Source: Aplysia californica (taxonomy: Eukaryota). Taken from it: a stretch of DNA of 64,000 bases. The stretch lies in the NCBI RefSeq assembly GCF_000002075.1, contig NW_004797989.1, forward strand, positions 88,721 through 152,720, written 5' to 3'. The position numbers were made by a program, and so were the translations under genes. Below are positions 1 to 11,442 of the stretch, in pieces; positions within the stretch are counted from its first letter, which is position 1, and the number at the start of each line of letters is the position of its first letter. Under the pieces are notes generated by a model. That model saw only the letters and a program-made list of their open reading frames with translations, had not been told where the DNA came from and did no database searches.

Positions 1-36
<36 letters not shown>
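1..36. repeat. (AG)n microsatellite
   Basis: Pure AG dinucleotide run at the window start. Confidence 0.95.
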
Positions 37-38
<2 letters not shown>

Positions 39-1399
39 ATATAATATAGGGCCTACCTAGACTACACTGTCACCCCCCACAATTAAATAAATAAAGGCAA
101 GGCCTACTATCATATTTTTAACTCATTGAGGCCGCGCATTTTGGTTATTCTACAACGCTCAAAGATACGCTGTTTTGAAATATAACTTCATCATTTGAAT
201 AGATTTTTCGTTTTCATTTTTTTAATCTGAAATTTTAAAAGGCATGCAACGACGTGCACACTCTGAAATTGAAATATGTAGGCCCTACACTTGTGGGTCC
301 TGTTTGTGTGATGGTTCGAAATGTACCGAGACATTTCCTTTTGGTTTGCTGCTGATAGGACATCGTGCCCGCTACGTCCTCAAAGAGTTAGTCACCCAAC
401 AGGTCATGGCGATTGCCAAACATTTCCCCCTTTTCATCAATTACCAAACGAACCTAAAGTCCTAAAGCTAAAATAACAAACGTAACTAGATCTAGAGATG
501 ATTGGAATTGATACAACCCCCAATCTGATTTACCTTTATTATGGACTATAAAAACAAATTATGTGTATGTTTTGTTCTTGCGTGGGAGCCTGAAAGAACT
601 CTCGGTAAGGGTGTGTTAGACATAATAATATTATTAATAGGCCTATAGGTTTATGGCCTGGCCCTTGATGAGAGAGGCGAACTGCGAACCGACCGAGTCA
701 CCGAGCTTGCAAAACTGCGACAAAGCTTTGGCTGGGCCTACGGGACTTTCATAGACCGAGACTAGAAAGAATCTGGCCCAGTGGAAGTGTACCTGACTTA
801 TCAATGTTCAATTAGCAAATTGGCTTTGAAACTTTAACGCGCGGAATTATTATTTTTTTCTGCAAGTTAAAATAATATTAGCTTTATTAGCTTTTAATGA
901 TATTGCACTAACGAGTGCAATCCACTCCCTTTGAGAATTTTTGAGAGAACTAGATCTAAGACGAAAATGTTCGTAATGCTAATGTATCTTTTTCGAAAAA
1001 TTGTGTATTCTGTACACATAATATATTATAGTTCTATATGGTCGTTTGGCAATAAGTCACTGGCAATAGGCCACAGGCAACCCCATTTGTATTTCAAAAA
1101 TGACAAGGAAGATTCAGTCGAAAAAACTTGAAACTCTCTGCGCATGACCAGATCAATGAGCCGCTTTGGCTTTAGTGAGCCAAATCTGTTTACTAGGAGA
1201 AATTTTGCTTCATTTATGTTAATAAATTGTAATCTAACTTTCTCGATCTTTATTTTTTTTTCTATTTCTGCTACAATTCTGAAGTCTGAAAGAGTAGTGA
1301 TAGAAATATGGGCACAATCAATGATTATATTCATGCACGGAATCTCCACTCATATTGAGCTAGCAAATACCTGGCAACCCTGCCTGATTTCTGCGTCAT

Positions 1400-1534
1400 G
1401 CTGGTCCTAGTTGTGCGGCAAGACTTTCTTTGAAAGGTCGTCAACTTGCCATTCTGTACAAGTAGTGCTCAGCAAAATCCTGGAAATGGTGATGGACAAA
1501 GTGTAACTTTCGATTTGGACTGTGACAACTTCAG
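1400..1534 (+). other. Putative non-coding first exon of zinc-finger gene 1 (5' boundary uncertain)
   Basis: Donor TTCAG|GTAAAC at 1534/1535 in a CpG-richer region. It is followed by a TAGATC cluster, as seen behind the other two first exons. The matching acceptor is CTCAG|ATC at 8636/8637. Confidence 0.45.
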
Positions 1535-1828
1535 GTAAACAATGGATTGCTTTTAATTAAGTCACTCGATATCAGAATATTTACTGAATTAGACCTTAAG
1601 AGTGGTTTTTAACACTATTCATTGATCATTGACGTACGTCTCCGGTCGACCACCATTTTGAATTCGAGTTGATTTGTCGCGTAGACACAAAGTTGAAAGT
1701 GACAACATTGATTGATCGTTGTCATTGATACTTTCATTATCTTTAAGTACTTAAGGCTTAAGGCTAATGAAACCCTTTCCGTTGGTAGGAAATTTTTAGG
1801 CCTCTTTGAACATTAGCAGATCACCACT

Positions 1829-2250
1829 GGATCTGGTCTAGAATCTAGATCTAGATTCTAGATCTAGAGATCTATCTAGATTTATAGTATAGTGTGAGTG
1901 TTAAGTTACTGCTGTAAGAACACTTATTTATTGGCTTAGACTTAGACTGAATCTAGAATCTAGATCTATTGACTTTTAAAGAGGGGGGGGGGGTAGATCT
2001 AAATAATACGGAAATAAAATGCCAACAAAAGAGGAGAGGAGTGCAGGGACTAAAGCTAAAGTCACAAAAATAATAGATCTAGATATCTAGATCTAGAGAT
2101 CTAGATCTAGATCTAGCTAGGCCTAGTTCCGGCAGGTGGTCTGCTAATCTTCAATTTTACCGTGTGTGCTACTGCACACAGGACCTCCAAGATTTTTCTT
2201 TTCGCCCTTGTCCGAGAAGGCTAGAGGTAGATCTAGATGTCTAGATCTAG
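1829..2250. repeat. Cluster of palindromic (TAGATC)n / TAGGCCTA arrays
   Basis: e.g. 2074-2126 TAGATCTAGATATCTAGATCTAGAGATCTAGATCTAGATCTAGCTAGGCCTAG. Confidence 0.9.
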
Positions 2251-2755
2251 GGGCGCTGTTTGGAAATTGCCTTCCCGTTCCAATTGATAATTTGCGATGT
2301 AAACGTGAAGATTGTGTGGTTTGTTTGTTCTTTTAATTATTTTTGCCTGGGGGGCAATCCCCCTGAAACCCCCCACTAAAAGGGGGGACAAGCCCCCCCT
2401 CGTACCCCCCATCTATCAGGGGGTGTGTGGACTGTATCCTTCCTACCATAAGATCAGGGGTGTGGCTGAAAGACAGCAGTAGGTAAGAAGGAGCCAAGGA
2501 GTAGCAGTAGAAAGGCTGCAGAGAGAGTCAGTGTCAGGAGCCCAGAGGAGGGGGCAGAGGAGTAGAGGGGTGGGGGCAGAAAGTGGAGACGAAAACTTTT
2601 GACAAAACATTGCTGCTAGAGAGCAGGAAAAAAGGTGAAAGGAGACAATATTTTGGAGAAGAAAATTTTTCCGTCGCTGCCCGGATTTGAACCCAGGACC
2701 TTTTGAATGAGAGGCGTACTGCGTACACTTTAATCTCTATGCCATGAGGGCCCCC
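2130..2755 (-). mobile_element. tRNA-derived SINE with Nin/Deu-like central domain (partial, interrupted)
   Basis: Reverse-strand homology to 3089-3598 and 34101-34625; B-box-like GGTTCAAATCC. Confidence 0.8.
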
Positions 2756-3088
2756 TTTACGTTCACGGCGCCCTAGAATGTAGTTGCAGGCTACTACGTT
2801 CACTGCATCCTGAATGTGGTTAGCAGGGATTTGCCCCGTAAATGGAGTCAAATTTGTGTTCAGCAGACAAAACAAACGGAAAAAAAAAGTACACACAGAA
2901 CCTTGACTTTAAAACTCCTGTTCTGCGCCTGGGCCGAGATGCGAGTCTTATCAACTGAGCTCCTTGTGTCTTAGTGGGTCAATTTGTTATAATTTCATTG
3001 TACAAACATCTAGAGCTACCAACTTGGCATGTTTTGAATGAGACGTACACCTCAGTTATTATTTTTTTTATTTGGGGGGGGGGGGGTG

Positions 3089-3598
3089 TAAGTGTTTTAC
3101 AGTGCTCGAAACTGCAGTAAAGTCATATGAGCGCGCAGGACATTTAACTTTTCAGTTTGTAATAGATTTTGAGTTTTGCCTGGGTGGCGGCCGACGCCTA
3201 CTCTTATCGATTCTAGACCACGAAGGGATCTTAAGGTTAAACGTGCACAACTTGCACACGAGCCCTGAGATTTTTCGCCCTTGTCCGAGAAGGCTAATTG
3301 TAGATCTTTCCTTCCAGACGATCAGGGGTGTGGCTGACAGACAGCAGTAAGAAGGAGCCAAGGAGTAGAAGTAGAAAGGCTGCAGAAAGAGTCAGGAGCC
3401 CAGAGGAGGGGGCAAAAGAGATGAGGGGGTGGGGGCAGAAAAAGGAGACGAAAGCAGACGACAGAACATTGCTAGAGAGCAGGAAAGGAGGTGAAAGGAG
3501 ACAATTTTAAAGAAGAAAATTTTTCAGTGGCTACCTGGATGCGAACGGGACCTTTGAATGAGGAGCCGACACCTTAACCTCTTGGCCATGAGGGCCCC
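3089..3598 (-). mobile_element. tRNA-derived Nin/Deu-like SINE, near full length
   Basis: tRNA-like head, pyrimidine-rich body and the block CCTTCTCGGACAAGGGCGAAAAATCTC...AAGATCCC...AGAGTAGG. Carries the shared GCAGTT...GTAAAACAC tail. Confidence 0.8.
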
Positions 3599-5619
3599 GC
3601 TATGAACCAACGCAGGCGGTTCTACAAGTAGGCCACAAACTCAAGCAAACTGACGCACGCACATGGGAGATGCTCGGCACATGTGCGCTGAGCTAGGAGG
3701 GGTGACGGGCTCCAATTAGAACCCGGACAGCGGGGGTCTAAAAATACTGTAGCGGGAAAGTTAAGGGGTGTCTAAATAACAATCTGATTTTAATCACACC
3801 TGCGGGATCCGAATATAAGGACACTGTATATTGTTAGTCTGTAGTTTGAGTAATTTAAATGTGATCGTCATCATGTAAAACTTACACATGTTACAGTGTT
3901 GTTACACAACGTACGGCGCTCTTCCAGACGAGCACATGTTTTTATTCACATTTTTTGCTGGATTTGGATGTAAAAGTACACTGAGTAGTATAGTGATCTC
4001 GGTATTCTTTGACTTTCCGTCTCATCTCACACTTCGACTAGAGTAGACCATTTTCTACCAGATCATAATCTACATCTCTGCTCTATTGATGCGCTGAACA
4101 CAAATATCGACTTAAGTTTCGTCACAATTTAATTGTTTTTGAAACATTTGATGATTTTAAGCGAACTTTATCACTCTAAGCCTACTTTCATAGTAATTTC
4201 CAGGCTTTAGACCAATCGGGGGTTTCAGGGAGGCCATAGCCTCTATGTTTTGCAGCAAGAAGTACGACAGTCTATCCCCAAAAACAGTGCTACTTGTGTG
4301 CCAGTGCGGAAGTAAAGATTTATTGCTCTGGTATTAATCTTCTCAGATGTTTGCATTTTGCGTGGAAGTCTAATTTAAAAGTTGGATAACCAGCAGAATC
4401 AAAAAGCCCATGCAAAAAAAATGAAGGGCACTGCTAAACAGGCTCTGGTACATTTTCTTCGATTTTAGCTTTTATCTGACACCAACGCCACATTATAATT
4501 TTCCCTCATCTGTGTGTAGGCCTACATATTAAGTCATCTGTAAAATGTTACTTTTACACCTACCGGTACCCAGAGATGCTCTTGGGGGCCAAGGCTAAAC
4601 TGTTGTGTTTTCGGCTACTGCAGAACACAAAAGCATATATATGGCCTCTAAAACCATTGCAAATTAATTGCTTTCACAAAAATAAAAAATCTCAAACCTA
4701 ACTGATTTGCAAAGCATCAAATTATGGCGGAGGAACCAGTAATTTGGGGCTTCAAGACTTATAAGTTGCATGTGTACATTAATTGGCCTTTAACTTTCAT
4801 CCTGTTAAGATTGTGTAATATTCTCCTCCTTTGATTTGAAAAGCCCATGATGCCCATCCCTTCTTTATCAAAGTTCAGCCTCCAAGTGAGCAGACTCTTA
4901 GTTAGTTTAGTAGAGTTTTTACGGCACCCCGCAACTGCATAAAGTCTTATGATGAGCCGACTCTGCGCGGTGTGTTCTCAGAAGTGGGACATTACTCACT
5001 ACTGGTTGCAACAAGTCTGTGTTTAAAGAGAGATAGAAAGAGCAATAGGTTGAACGGTAATTTTTTTTGCTTTCACTCAGATGCACTGCTTTGGTGGGTC
5101 AAGCTGGGTTATTTTTTGCTGCAGATCACACATATATAGCCACTAAAACTGTCGCAAATCAATTATTTTCAAACCCAACTCCAAAACATCAAATTATGGG
5201 TCTAACCCCCCCTCGATTTTTTTTCCATTTCTGGGGGCACGGGCATGCCCCCCCATTGGTCTAAAGCCAGGAAATTACTGCACAATTAGGCTTAGTGTGG
5301 TAAAGTTCGATGGAAAACCATCAAATTTATTTTTTTAAAACGAAGTCTAGCATCTGCGTTTGTCGCGGCCGCGATTTTTGCGTTTTTCAGCAACAAAAAA
5401 ACTAACAAACAAACAAACAAAAACCACCGCCGAGGAATAAAAGAGGTGACAAAAAAATCCTGGGGAATAGACATCGAAAAAAAGGGTCAGAACCTCTTTA
5501 CTTTTAGAAAGGAGAAAGATTATTTTAACTTCCGCTTCACTTTGTCTCTTTCTCATTTGTTGACACCACGTTGATTTGTTATTTTCAGGTGAAGAATCTA
5601 AGTACATACATTACATTAT

Positions 5620-7086
5620 CTGTCCTCAGAGAAAGTTGCATTGGAAAATAGCAAAAGTTGCAAGAAAAATTAACAAAAAGTTGCGAGAAAAGTTGCAAGA
5701 CGTGTATAGCTTAAACAATGCCACGGAACTATTGGGATACATTGTTGCTATGCTCATTGCAATCAAAAGTAACCAATATGAGTTTTGTTAGATCAAAATC
5801 AAAAGTTAAATGTGAATGTTTACCCAAAAAAAAAAAAATGCATTGAGGTTGCATGGTGTACAAAAACAGTTTGTCCCCTGACACATGGGTCAGGTCCTTA
5901 AAAACTCTCGCTGACGTTGGGCAGGTGTGACCAGCGTGGTTTTGGGGCTGTTCAAATTATATAATCTTGCACTTTGTTGGGGACTTTTTGGGCCCCCCCT
6001 CCCTTACACTATTTTTTTTACACCTTCCTGCAACCCCCCNNNNNNNNNNNNNNNNNNNNNNNNNNNNNNNNNNNNNNNNNNNNNNNNNNNNNNNNNNNNN
6101 NNNNNNNNNNNNNNNNNNNNNNNNNNNNNNNNNNNNNNNNNNNNNNNNNNNNNNNNNNNNNNNNNNNNNNNNNNNNNNNNNNNNNNNNNNNNNNNNNNNN
6201 NNNNNNNNNNNNNNNNNNNNNNNNNNNNNNNNNNNNNNNNNNNNNNNNNNNNNNNNNNNNNNNNNNNNNNNNNNNNNNNNNNNNNNNNNNNNNNNNNNNN
6301 NNNNNNNNNNNNNNNNNNNNNNNNNNNNNNNNNNNNNNNNNNNNNNNNNNNNNNNNNNNNNNNNNNNNNNNNNNNNNNNNNNNNNNNNNNNNNNNNNNNN
6401 NNNNNNNNNNNNNNNNNNNNNNNNNNNNNNNNNNNNNNNNNNNNNNNNNNNNNNNNNNNNNNNNNNNNNNNNNNNNNNNNNNGCGTAAGATGATATCTTT
6501 GAACGTCCCCTTTAGGAGTTTTCTGGATGAATCGATGCTTGTCTAGACCTAGCCTCCCTAGCCTAAGATTTAAAGTCTTTCACAAATTTTTATACTAGAT
6601 CTATCTACCTGGTGCTACGGAACCAAGCAAGCTAAATAATCAGACGACCGTGTTTACGATTGATTTACTGAGACTCTAGATCTAGATCTAGTAGCTAGAC
6701 TAGAAGATGATTCAGTCCAAACAAGACTATTGGGTCGGTTTGCCCGCCAGATTGATGGTGCAAAGCGGCTATCGTGACACAAGTCGATCGCGCCTGACTC
6801 GTTGTTTCAAAACAAACACGTTTTCAGGCGACGAGTCGGGCGATCATCCCGACCCGACCTGACCCGGTACGGGTCACTGGGCGGCGGCATGGCGGGCATC
6901 CCGCAGTGGTGTCGTTATTTTTAGTCGTGGAAGAAAATTTAGGTGTTATTAATTAAATTTTATTATTATTTTCCCAAATTTTGCGGGAAATTGGCTAAAA
7001 TTAGCGAATTCACGATTATGGTAAAAGTTGCGCGAAAGTTGCGCGCGCAACTTGCAAGTTGCGGGCGCGAATTTCTCTGAGGACAG
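5620..7086. mobile_element. Non-autonomous DNA transposon, TIR CTGTCCTCAGAGAAA, 6-bp TSD CATTAT
   Basis: Perfect 15-bp TIRs; exact CATTAT at 5614-5619 and 7087-7092; contains an assembly gap. Confidence 0.85.
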
Positions 7087-7115
7087 CATTATATATATTA
7101 TAATATATTGTCAGG

Positions 7116-7330
7116 CATGCTGACAAAATGAGTTACTTCTCGCAATCAACAAATTGGCCAAAAATCGACATTAGGGTCAAATTTTTAGATTTTCCGTTGA
7201 TTGCATGTTCTTAACGATAACGTATCTTTTATTAATTCATACTTAATATTGTAAAAACTTCACCTATAAGTGTGATGTATCTATTTCCTTAAGGCTTGAA
7301 TCCAAGAAGTAACTCATTTTGTCAGAATGC
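7116..7330. mobile_element. Small MITE (TIR GCATGCTGACAAAATGAGTTACTTCT)
   Basis: ~26-bp inverted ends; related copy at 54806-55030. Confidence 0.75.
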
Positions 7331-8706
7331 TTTACAAATAATATACACATATATATGATATTTATACTGTAATTTCATTTGATGTTGTTCCTACCTTTTT
7401 TTGTGTAATGTGTTATGTTAGAGTGTGTCTCCACCAAAACACAATACTGACACTGGCAGGCCCATTAAGTGTGATTCCATAATTTGCATGTAATATTTTG
7501 TACTTTTTCTTGAATTACGCACGCTTTGGGTTAAAACGGCCAATCTTTGGATAGGTGGACACACGCCCTTATTTGTTAATTATTGTGATTGTTTATGTAC
7601 TGCTCTAATTTTGATTTGTTTCTGTTGTAAAGCCTGTATTTTTCCCGTTTTTACACTCTGTGAGGCTACAAAAATGATATTCTGGATGCTTAAAACAGAG
7701 CACAAGAAATTCTGGTGCTTTAGATCAAGTTACCTCTATTAACATATTTGCTATATGTCGTCACAGAGAGTTGAAAGCTTGAAAATTAATGGCAATTTTT
7801 GGCAATTTTGTGGCTACTTTTGGACAAAAAAATGGCAACAAACGCAGATGCTAGCTAAGTATTAATTCACGACAGAAGTAGAGTCGATATTCGTGTTCAG
7901 CGCATCAATATAGTGGAAAATGGTTATCTGGTAGCTAAGTGTGAGACGGAGGGGAAAGTAAAAGAATACCCATTGAACAGCACACCCCTTTGTACACTCA
8001 ATGACAATCTGGCTCGTGCACTCATTTACCCGCAAGCTGTAAAATTTTGGTCACTTAATTTGGGGGGGGGGGGAGAGAGGCATTTAAGATTAAGAAGACA
8101 GACATGGTCTAGTCACTTAAGAACAAGTAGAAATAGTATTTTCACTTTTGGATAAAATTTACTTTGACAACATTGGTTCAAATCTGTTTGGCTCGAAAAG
8201 CTTCTTGTTGCTTTAAAAAAAAGACATGGTATAGATTTGTTTTGATCATGTGACTTATAGTTTTAGTTTAAAAAACGACTTACAGTCGAAACTGTCTTAG
8301 AGGGCCACCCATTGTTGAGAAGAAAAATGGCTGTCTTAGAGGAGTGGCCATGATACGCAGTGTCATTTATAATTTTAGAAATAACAAGGGGAGAAATCAA
8401 AAGTGACTGCTTGTACTACTGATTGTTTTGGGGTTGTTTTTTTTATACAGTTGGCAGTTAAAGCAGGTTCTGCTGTATAAATTAGAAAATTCTTGAACTT
8501 GTTACATCTTTGCTTAGTTTGACTGGCCAAAAGTATTGTCTTTGCAGACACTCCTAGAAACTGAAGCCAAAAATTATATTTTTCTTCATTGCAACACTTA
8601 ACTAAAATGTTTTCTTTTTTTTTGCTCATTCCTCAGATCTGAGTCTTTCAGCGTGAACTTGCGATCACTATTATTGTTCTCATCGTCATCCACTTCCACC
8701 AAAGCC

Positions 8707-11415
8707 ATGGATATGGATGGTATGTCGACAAACAGCATCACTATCTGCCTGCCCCCGTCTCTGAGTTTGTCAGAGATAAATGCAGACAATTTAAGGAATG
8801 TGGTGGAGGCAGCATGTCAGAATTCCCAAGATGCATTTGGTCAAAATGGAGAAATTATTTTGTATGTCAGAGAGCAAGATCAAGACCAACCTTTCATTGT
8901 GGACCAGTCTCTCTTGGAAGTTGGCGTTGGAGATGGAATGGAACATGCCATCCTTATGGATACTTCAGGTGCTATTCAGGACCCTACTTTTACAATACAA
9001 GACCAGAGCTTTGCCACACAAGATCACCAAACATTTACTGTAAATGATCAAACATTTTCTGTACAAGATGGAACAATATCAGTCCAAGATGCTTCTGCCC
9101 AGATTCAAGATCCCACTACATTAGTCATTGACAATAGCGCTCATCTTCAGGAACAACTCGGTGTGGTGCAACAAGAAGCTGCTGAGCCAGCTCCGGAACT
9201 GGTCCAAGTCAAGACAGAAGTAACAGCCCCAGCTCCTGTCTTACAAACTCATGGGCCAGGAGCTAAGAAGAACAAAACCATCATCCATGAACCTATAGAA
9301 TTCCACTTCCCTCGACTCAAAGCTGAAGTTCCTGAAAAGCTGACCACTGCAGCTGGCTCCAAGATCTTTTGCTGCAATATCTGTTCCTACAAAAGTGCGA
9401 CACGCGCCCTCCTGAGACAGCACATGATCATCCACTCTGAAAAGAAATTCAAGTGTGAAAAATGTGACTACACCTGCCACACGTCCAGCCATCTCAAACG
9501 CCATATGTACACTCATGAGACCAGCAAACCTATAGAGTGCACCAAGTGCGATTACACATGCACACAAAACTTTCAGATGAAAGCCCACATGATGCAACAT
9601 GAGACGAAGACTCCTTTTGTTTGTGAGATTTGTAATGCAGTCTATAAAAAACAAGAAAGTCTTAAAGTTCACATGCTGACTCATTCCAACGTACAGAAAT
9701 TTCGCTGCACACACTGCACCTATGCTGGAAATCGTTATGGAGATTTTAAAAGACACATGCTCACTCATCTGGCCACCAAACCTCTGAAATGCACAGTTTG
9801 CAGCTACACATGTATTCGCCAGTGGAGGCTGAAAGCTCACATGAAAATTCACGCCCAGGACAAACCGTTGCTCAAATGTGACTTGTGTGACTTTACATGT
9901 GTCAGTGCACCCCGGCTGAAGGAGCATAAAGTGTTGCACACTCAGATAGAAGGCATCATTCGATGTCCGCTGTGTAGTTATGTGTGTACACAACAGTCTC
10001 GACTGAAGAGGCACATGAAGATTCATGGAAACATGGCAAAGGAGGAGCCTGGGACAGTGGATCAGAAGCCCATACTGATTTCTAATGCTGGCAACTATCT
10101 GATGAAGACCCTGAGCGATGCTGCTGTGGATGCTGCAGATGGAGAGGATGTAGACTGGGAAGCTGATAACTTAGACGACGAACAACTCAACTCCTTGGCT
10201 GGTATGGCGGAGAAGCCTTCTCAAATTTTCTCAATCATACCCAAAGAGACAAAAACCATCACCATCAACCCGCAGCCATATTTAACAACAACTGCTCCGT
10301 CTACTCAAAAGATCATTATCCAAAACAATAACGCCGATTTGTTTAAGTCCATTGTGCAGCCTACCGCCACTCAGGAAGAGGAGCAGGAGGCGTCTTCCAC
10401 AGTGCTCATCCCTCAGCCCCCACCACCACCACCTCCTCCACCACCAGAACCAGAATCGCCCAAGTTGCCCAAAAATCACTCCAAGTCGAAAAGATATCAC
10501 TGTGAGCAGTGCAACTTCTCCTGTGACTTCAAGTCAACCATGACAGCACACATGAAGAAACACAGTGTTATGAAGAAATACCAGTGTGCTCACTGTGATT
10601 ACAAATGCAACGACACTTCACGAATGAAGGATCACCTGTTGTGTCACACAACTGAGCGATCGTTCAGCTGCACACTCTGTGACTTTACTTGTAAGCGCAA
10701 GATGGGCTTAAAGGATCACATGAAGAAGCACACAGATGAGAAGTCTTTCCAGTGTAAAGAATGTGACTACTCTTGCCGCACTAACGAAGGCCTCAAGTCT
10801 CACATGGCTAAGCACTACGGTGTCAAACCGTACACTTGTGAGATCTGTGGCCAAGGCTGCTCTTCTGCCTATCTCTTGAAAAAGCACAAGCTTATCCATG
10901 GTGAGAAGCCACTGCAGTGTGAGTTTTGTGATTACAAATGCATTCAGAAGAAGCAATTGAAGAACCACGTCCTGCAGCACAAGTACCAGCACCCATGGTG
11001 CTGCAATCTGTGCCCGGCCACATACAAGAAGGAGGAGAGTCTCAAACTGCATATGTTGTCGCATCAGAACATTAAGAAATTTGTATGTAACTTGTGCAAT
11101 TATGCTGGCAATAGGGCAGCAGACTTCCGTCGACACATGCTCACCCACTCCACTTCCAAGCCCTTGCAGTGCCCACAGTGCACTTACTCCTGCATTCGGG
11201 CCTCGAGACTCAAAGCTCATATGTTGGTTCACACCCAAGAAAAATTGGGTGGCCGTAAAGCCACTGGCACTCAACCAAAGGCATACAGGTGTGCTTTCTG
11301 TGAGTTTTCATGTACCAGGACATCTAGATTGAAAGCTCATTTGTCCAAAGTTCATCTTGACCTTCCAGACAATGTCATATTTAGCATTGATTTGAAGCAA
11401 ATTGAACGGGTGTAA
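8707..11415 (+). CDS. C2H2 zinc-finger protein, 902 aa, 18 fingers in two arrays (8+10), single coding exon
   Basis: Uninterrupted ORF with CxxC...HxxxH repeats. Strong Kozak GCCATGG at 8707 (the ORF track start at 8653 is a GTG). Acceptor with polypyrimidine tract at 8636. Acidic/Q-rich N-terminus and poly-Pro linker. Confidence 0.93.
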   Translation: MDMDGMSTNSITICLPPSLSLSEINADNLRNVVEAACQNSQDAFGQNGEIILYVREQDQDQPFIVDQSLLEVGVGDGMEHAILMDTSGAIQDPTFTIQDQSFATQDHQTFTVNDQTFSVQDGTISVQDASAQIQDPTTLVIDNSAHLQEQLGVVQQEAAEPAPELVQVKTEVTAPAPVLQTHGPGAKKNKTIIHEPIEFHFPRLKAEVPEKLTTAAGSKIFCCNICSYKSATRALLRQHMIIHSEKKFKCEKCDYTCHTSSHLKRHMYTHETSKPIECTKCDYTCTQNFQMKAHMMQHETKTPFVCEICNAVYKKQESLKVHMLTHSNVQKFRCTHCTYAGNRYGDFKRHMLTHLATKPLKCTVCSYTCIRQWRLKAHMKIHAQDKPLLKCDLCDFTCVSAPRLKEHKVLHTQIEGIIRCPLCSYVCTQQSRLKRHMKIHGNMAKEEPGTVDQKPILISNAGNYLMKTLSDAAVDAADGEDVDWEADNLDDEQLNSLAGMAEKPSQIFSIIPKETKTITINPQPYLTTTAPSTQKIIIQNNNADLFKSIVQPTATQEEEQEASSTVLIPQPPPPPPPPPPEPESPKLPKNHSKSKRYHCEQCNFSCDFKSTMTAHMKKHSVMKKYQCAHCDYKCNDTSRMKDHLLCHTTERSFSCTLCDFTCKRKMGLKDHMKKHTDEKSFQCKECDYSCRTNEGLKSHMAKHYGVKPYTCEICGQGCSSAYLLKKHKLIHGEKPLQCEFCDYKCIQKKQLKNHVLQHKYQHPWCCNLCPATYKKEESLKLHMLSHQNIKKFVCNLCNYAGNRAADFRRHMLTHSTSKPLQCPQCTYSCIRASRLKAHMLVHTQEKLGGRKATGTQPKAYRCAFCEFSCTRTSRLKAHLSKVHLDLPDNVIFSIDLKQIERV

Positions 11416-11436
11416 AGTTGAAGGAGATAAAAAGTT

Positions 11437-11442
11437 AATAAA
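11437..11442 (+). promoter_or_regulatory. Candidate proximal poly(A) signal of ZF gene 1
   Basis: AATAAA ~21 nt after the stop codon, followed by U/GU-rich sequence; further AATAAA near 14034 and 16184. Confidence 0.4.

Larger units (their letters stand above)
5347..7854. mobile_element. Non-autonomous DNA transposon, TIR CTAGCATCTGCGTTT, 6-bp TSD
   Basis: Terminal inverted repeats at both ends; flanks CGAAGT / CTAAGT; second partial copy at 28060-28520. Confidence 0.8.
3947..8018. mobile_element. Long-inverted-repeat (foldback) non-autonomous DNA element hosting nested insertions; ends approximate
   Basis: Left arm ~3950-4250 is the reverse complement of 5240-5346 plus 7855-8010 (e.g. TTGATGCGCTGAACACAAATATCGAC / GTCGATATTCGTGTTCAGCGCATCAA). 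A related copy lies at ~41600-41990. Confidence 0.65.

Noticed and set aside
527-612. Possible extra splice donors (minus strand AAG|GTAAAT near 533; plus strand TCG|GTAAGG at 604/605) suggesting a divergent gene or alternative first exon
   Set aside because: Motifs alone, with no coding or acceptor support inside the window.
1026-1349. 107-aa minus-strand ORF with faint STAS-like IIIDCAHIS motif
   Set aside because: No supporting splice structure, no further conserved residues and an AT-rich background; probably chance.
5927-6546. ORFs spanning N runs (also near 14.8, 21.3, 21.6, 23.3, 37.5 and 61.4 kb)
   Set aside because: Assembly-gap artefacts.
8653-8706. ORF-track start of ZF1 at 8653
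   Set aside because: The codon is GTG. The first ATG, with a strong Kozak context, is at 8707.
9241-11274. Long antisense ORFs over the ZF exons (also 31361-32014)
   Set aside because: Shadow frames of a repetitive coding sequence with no independent protein signature.
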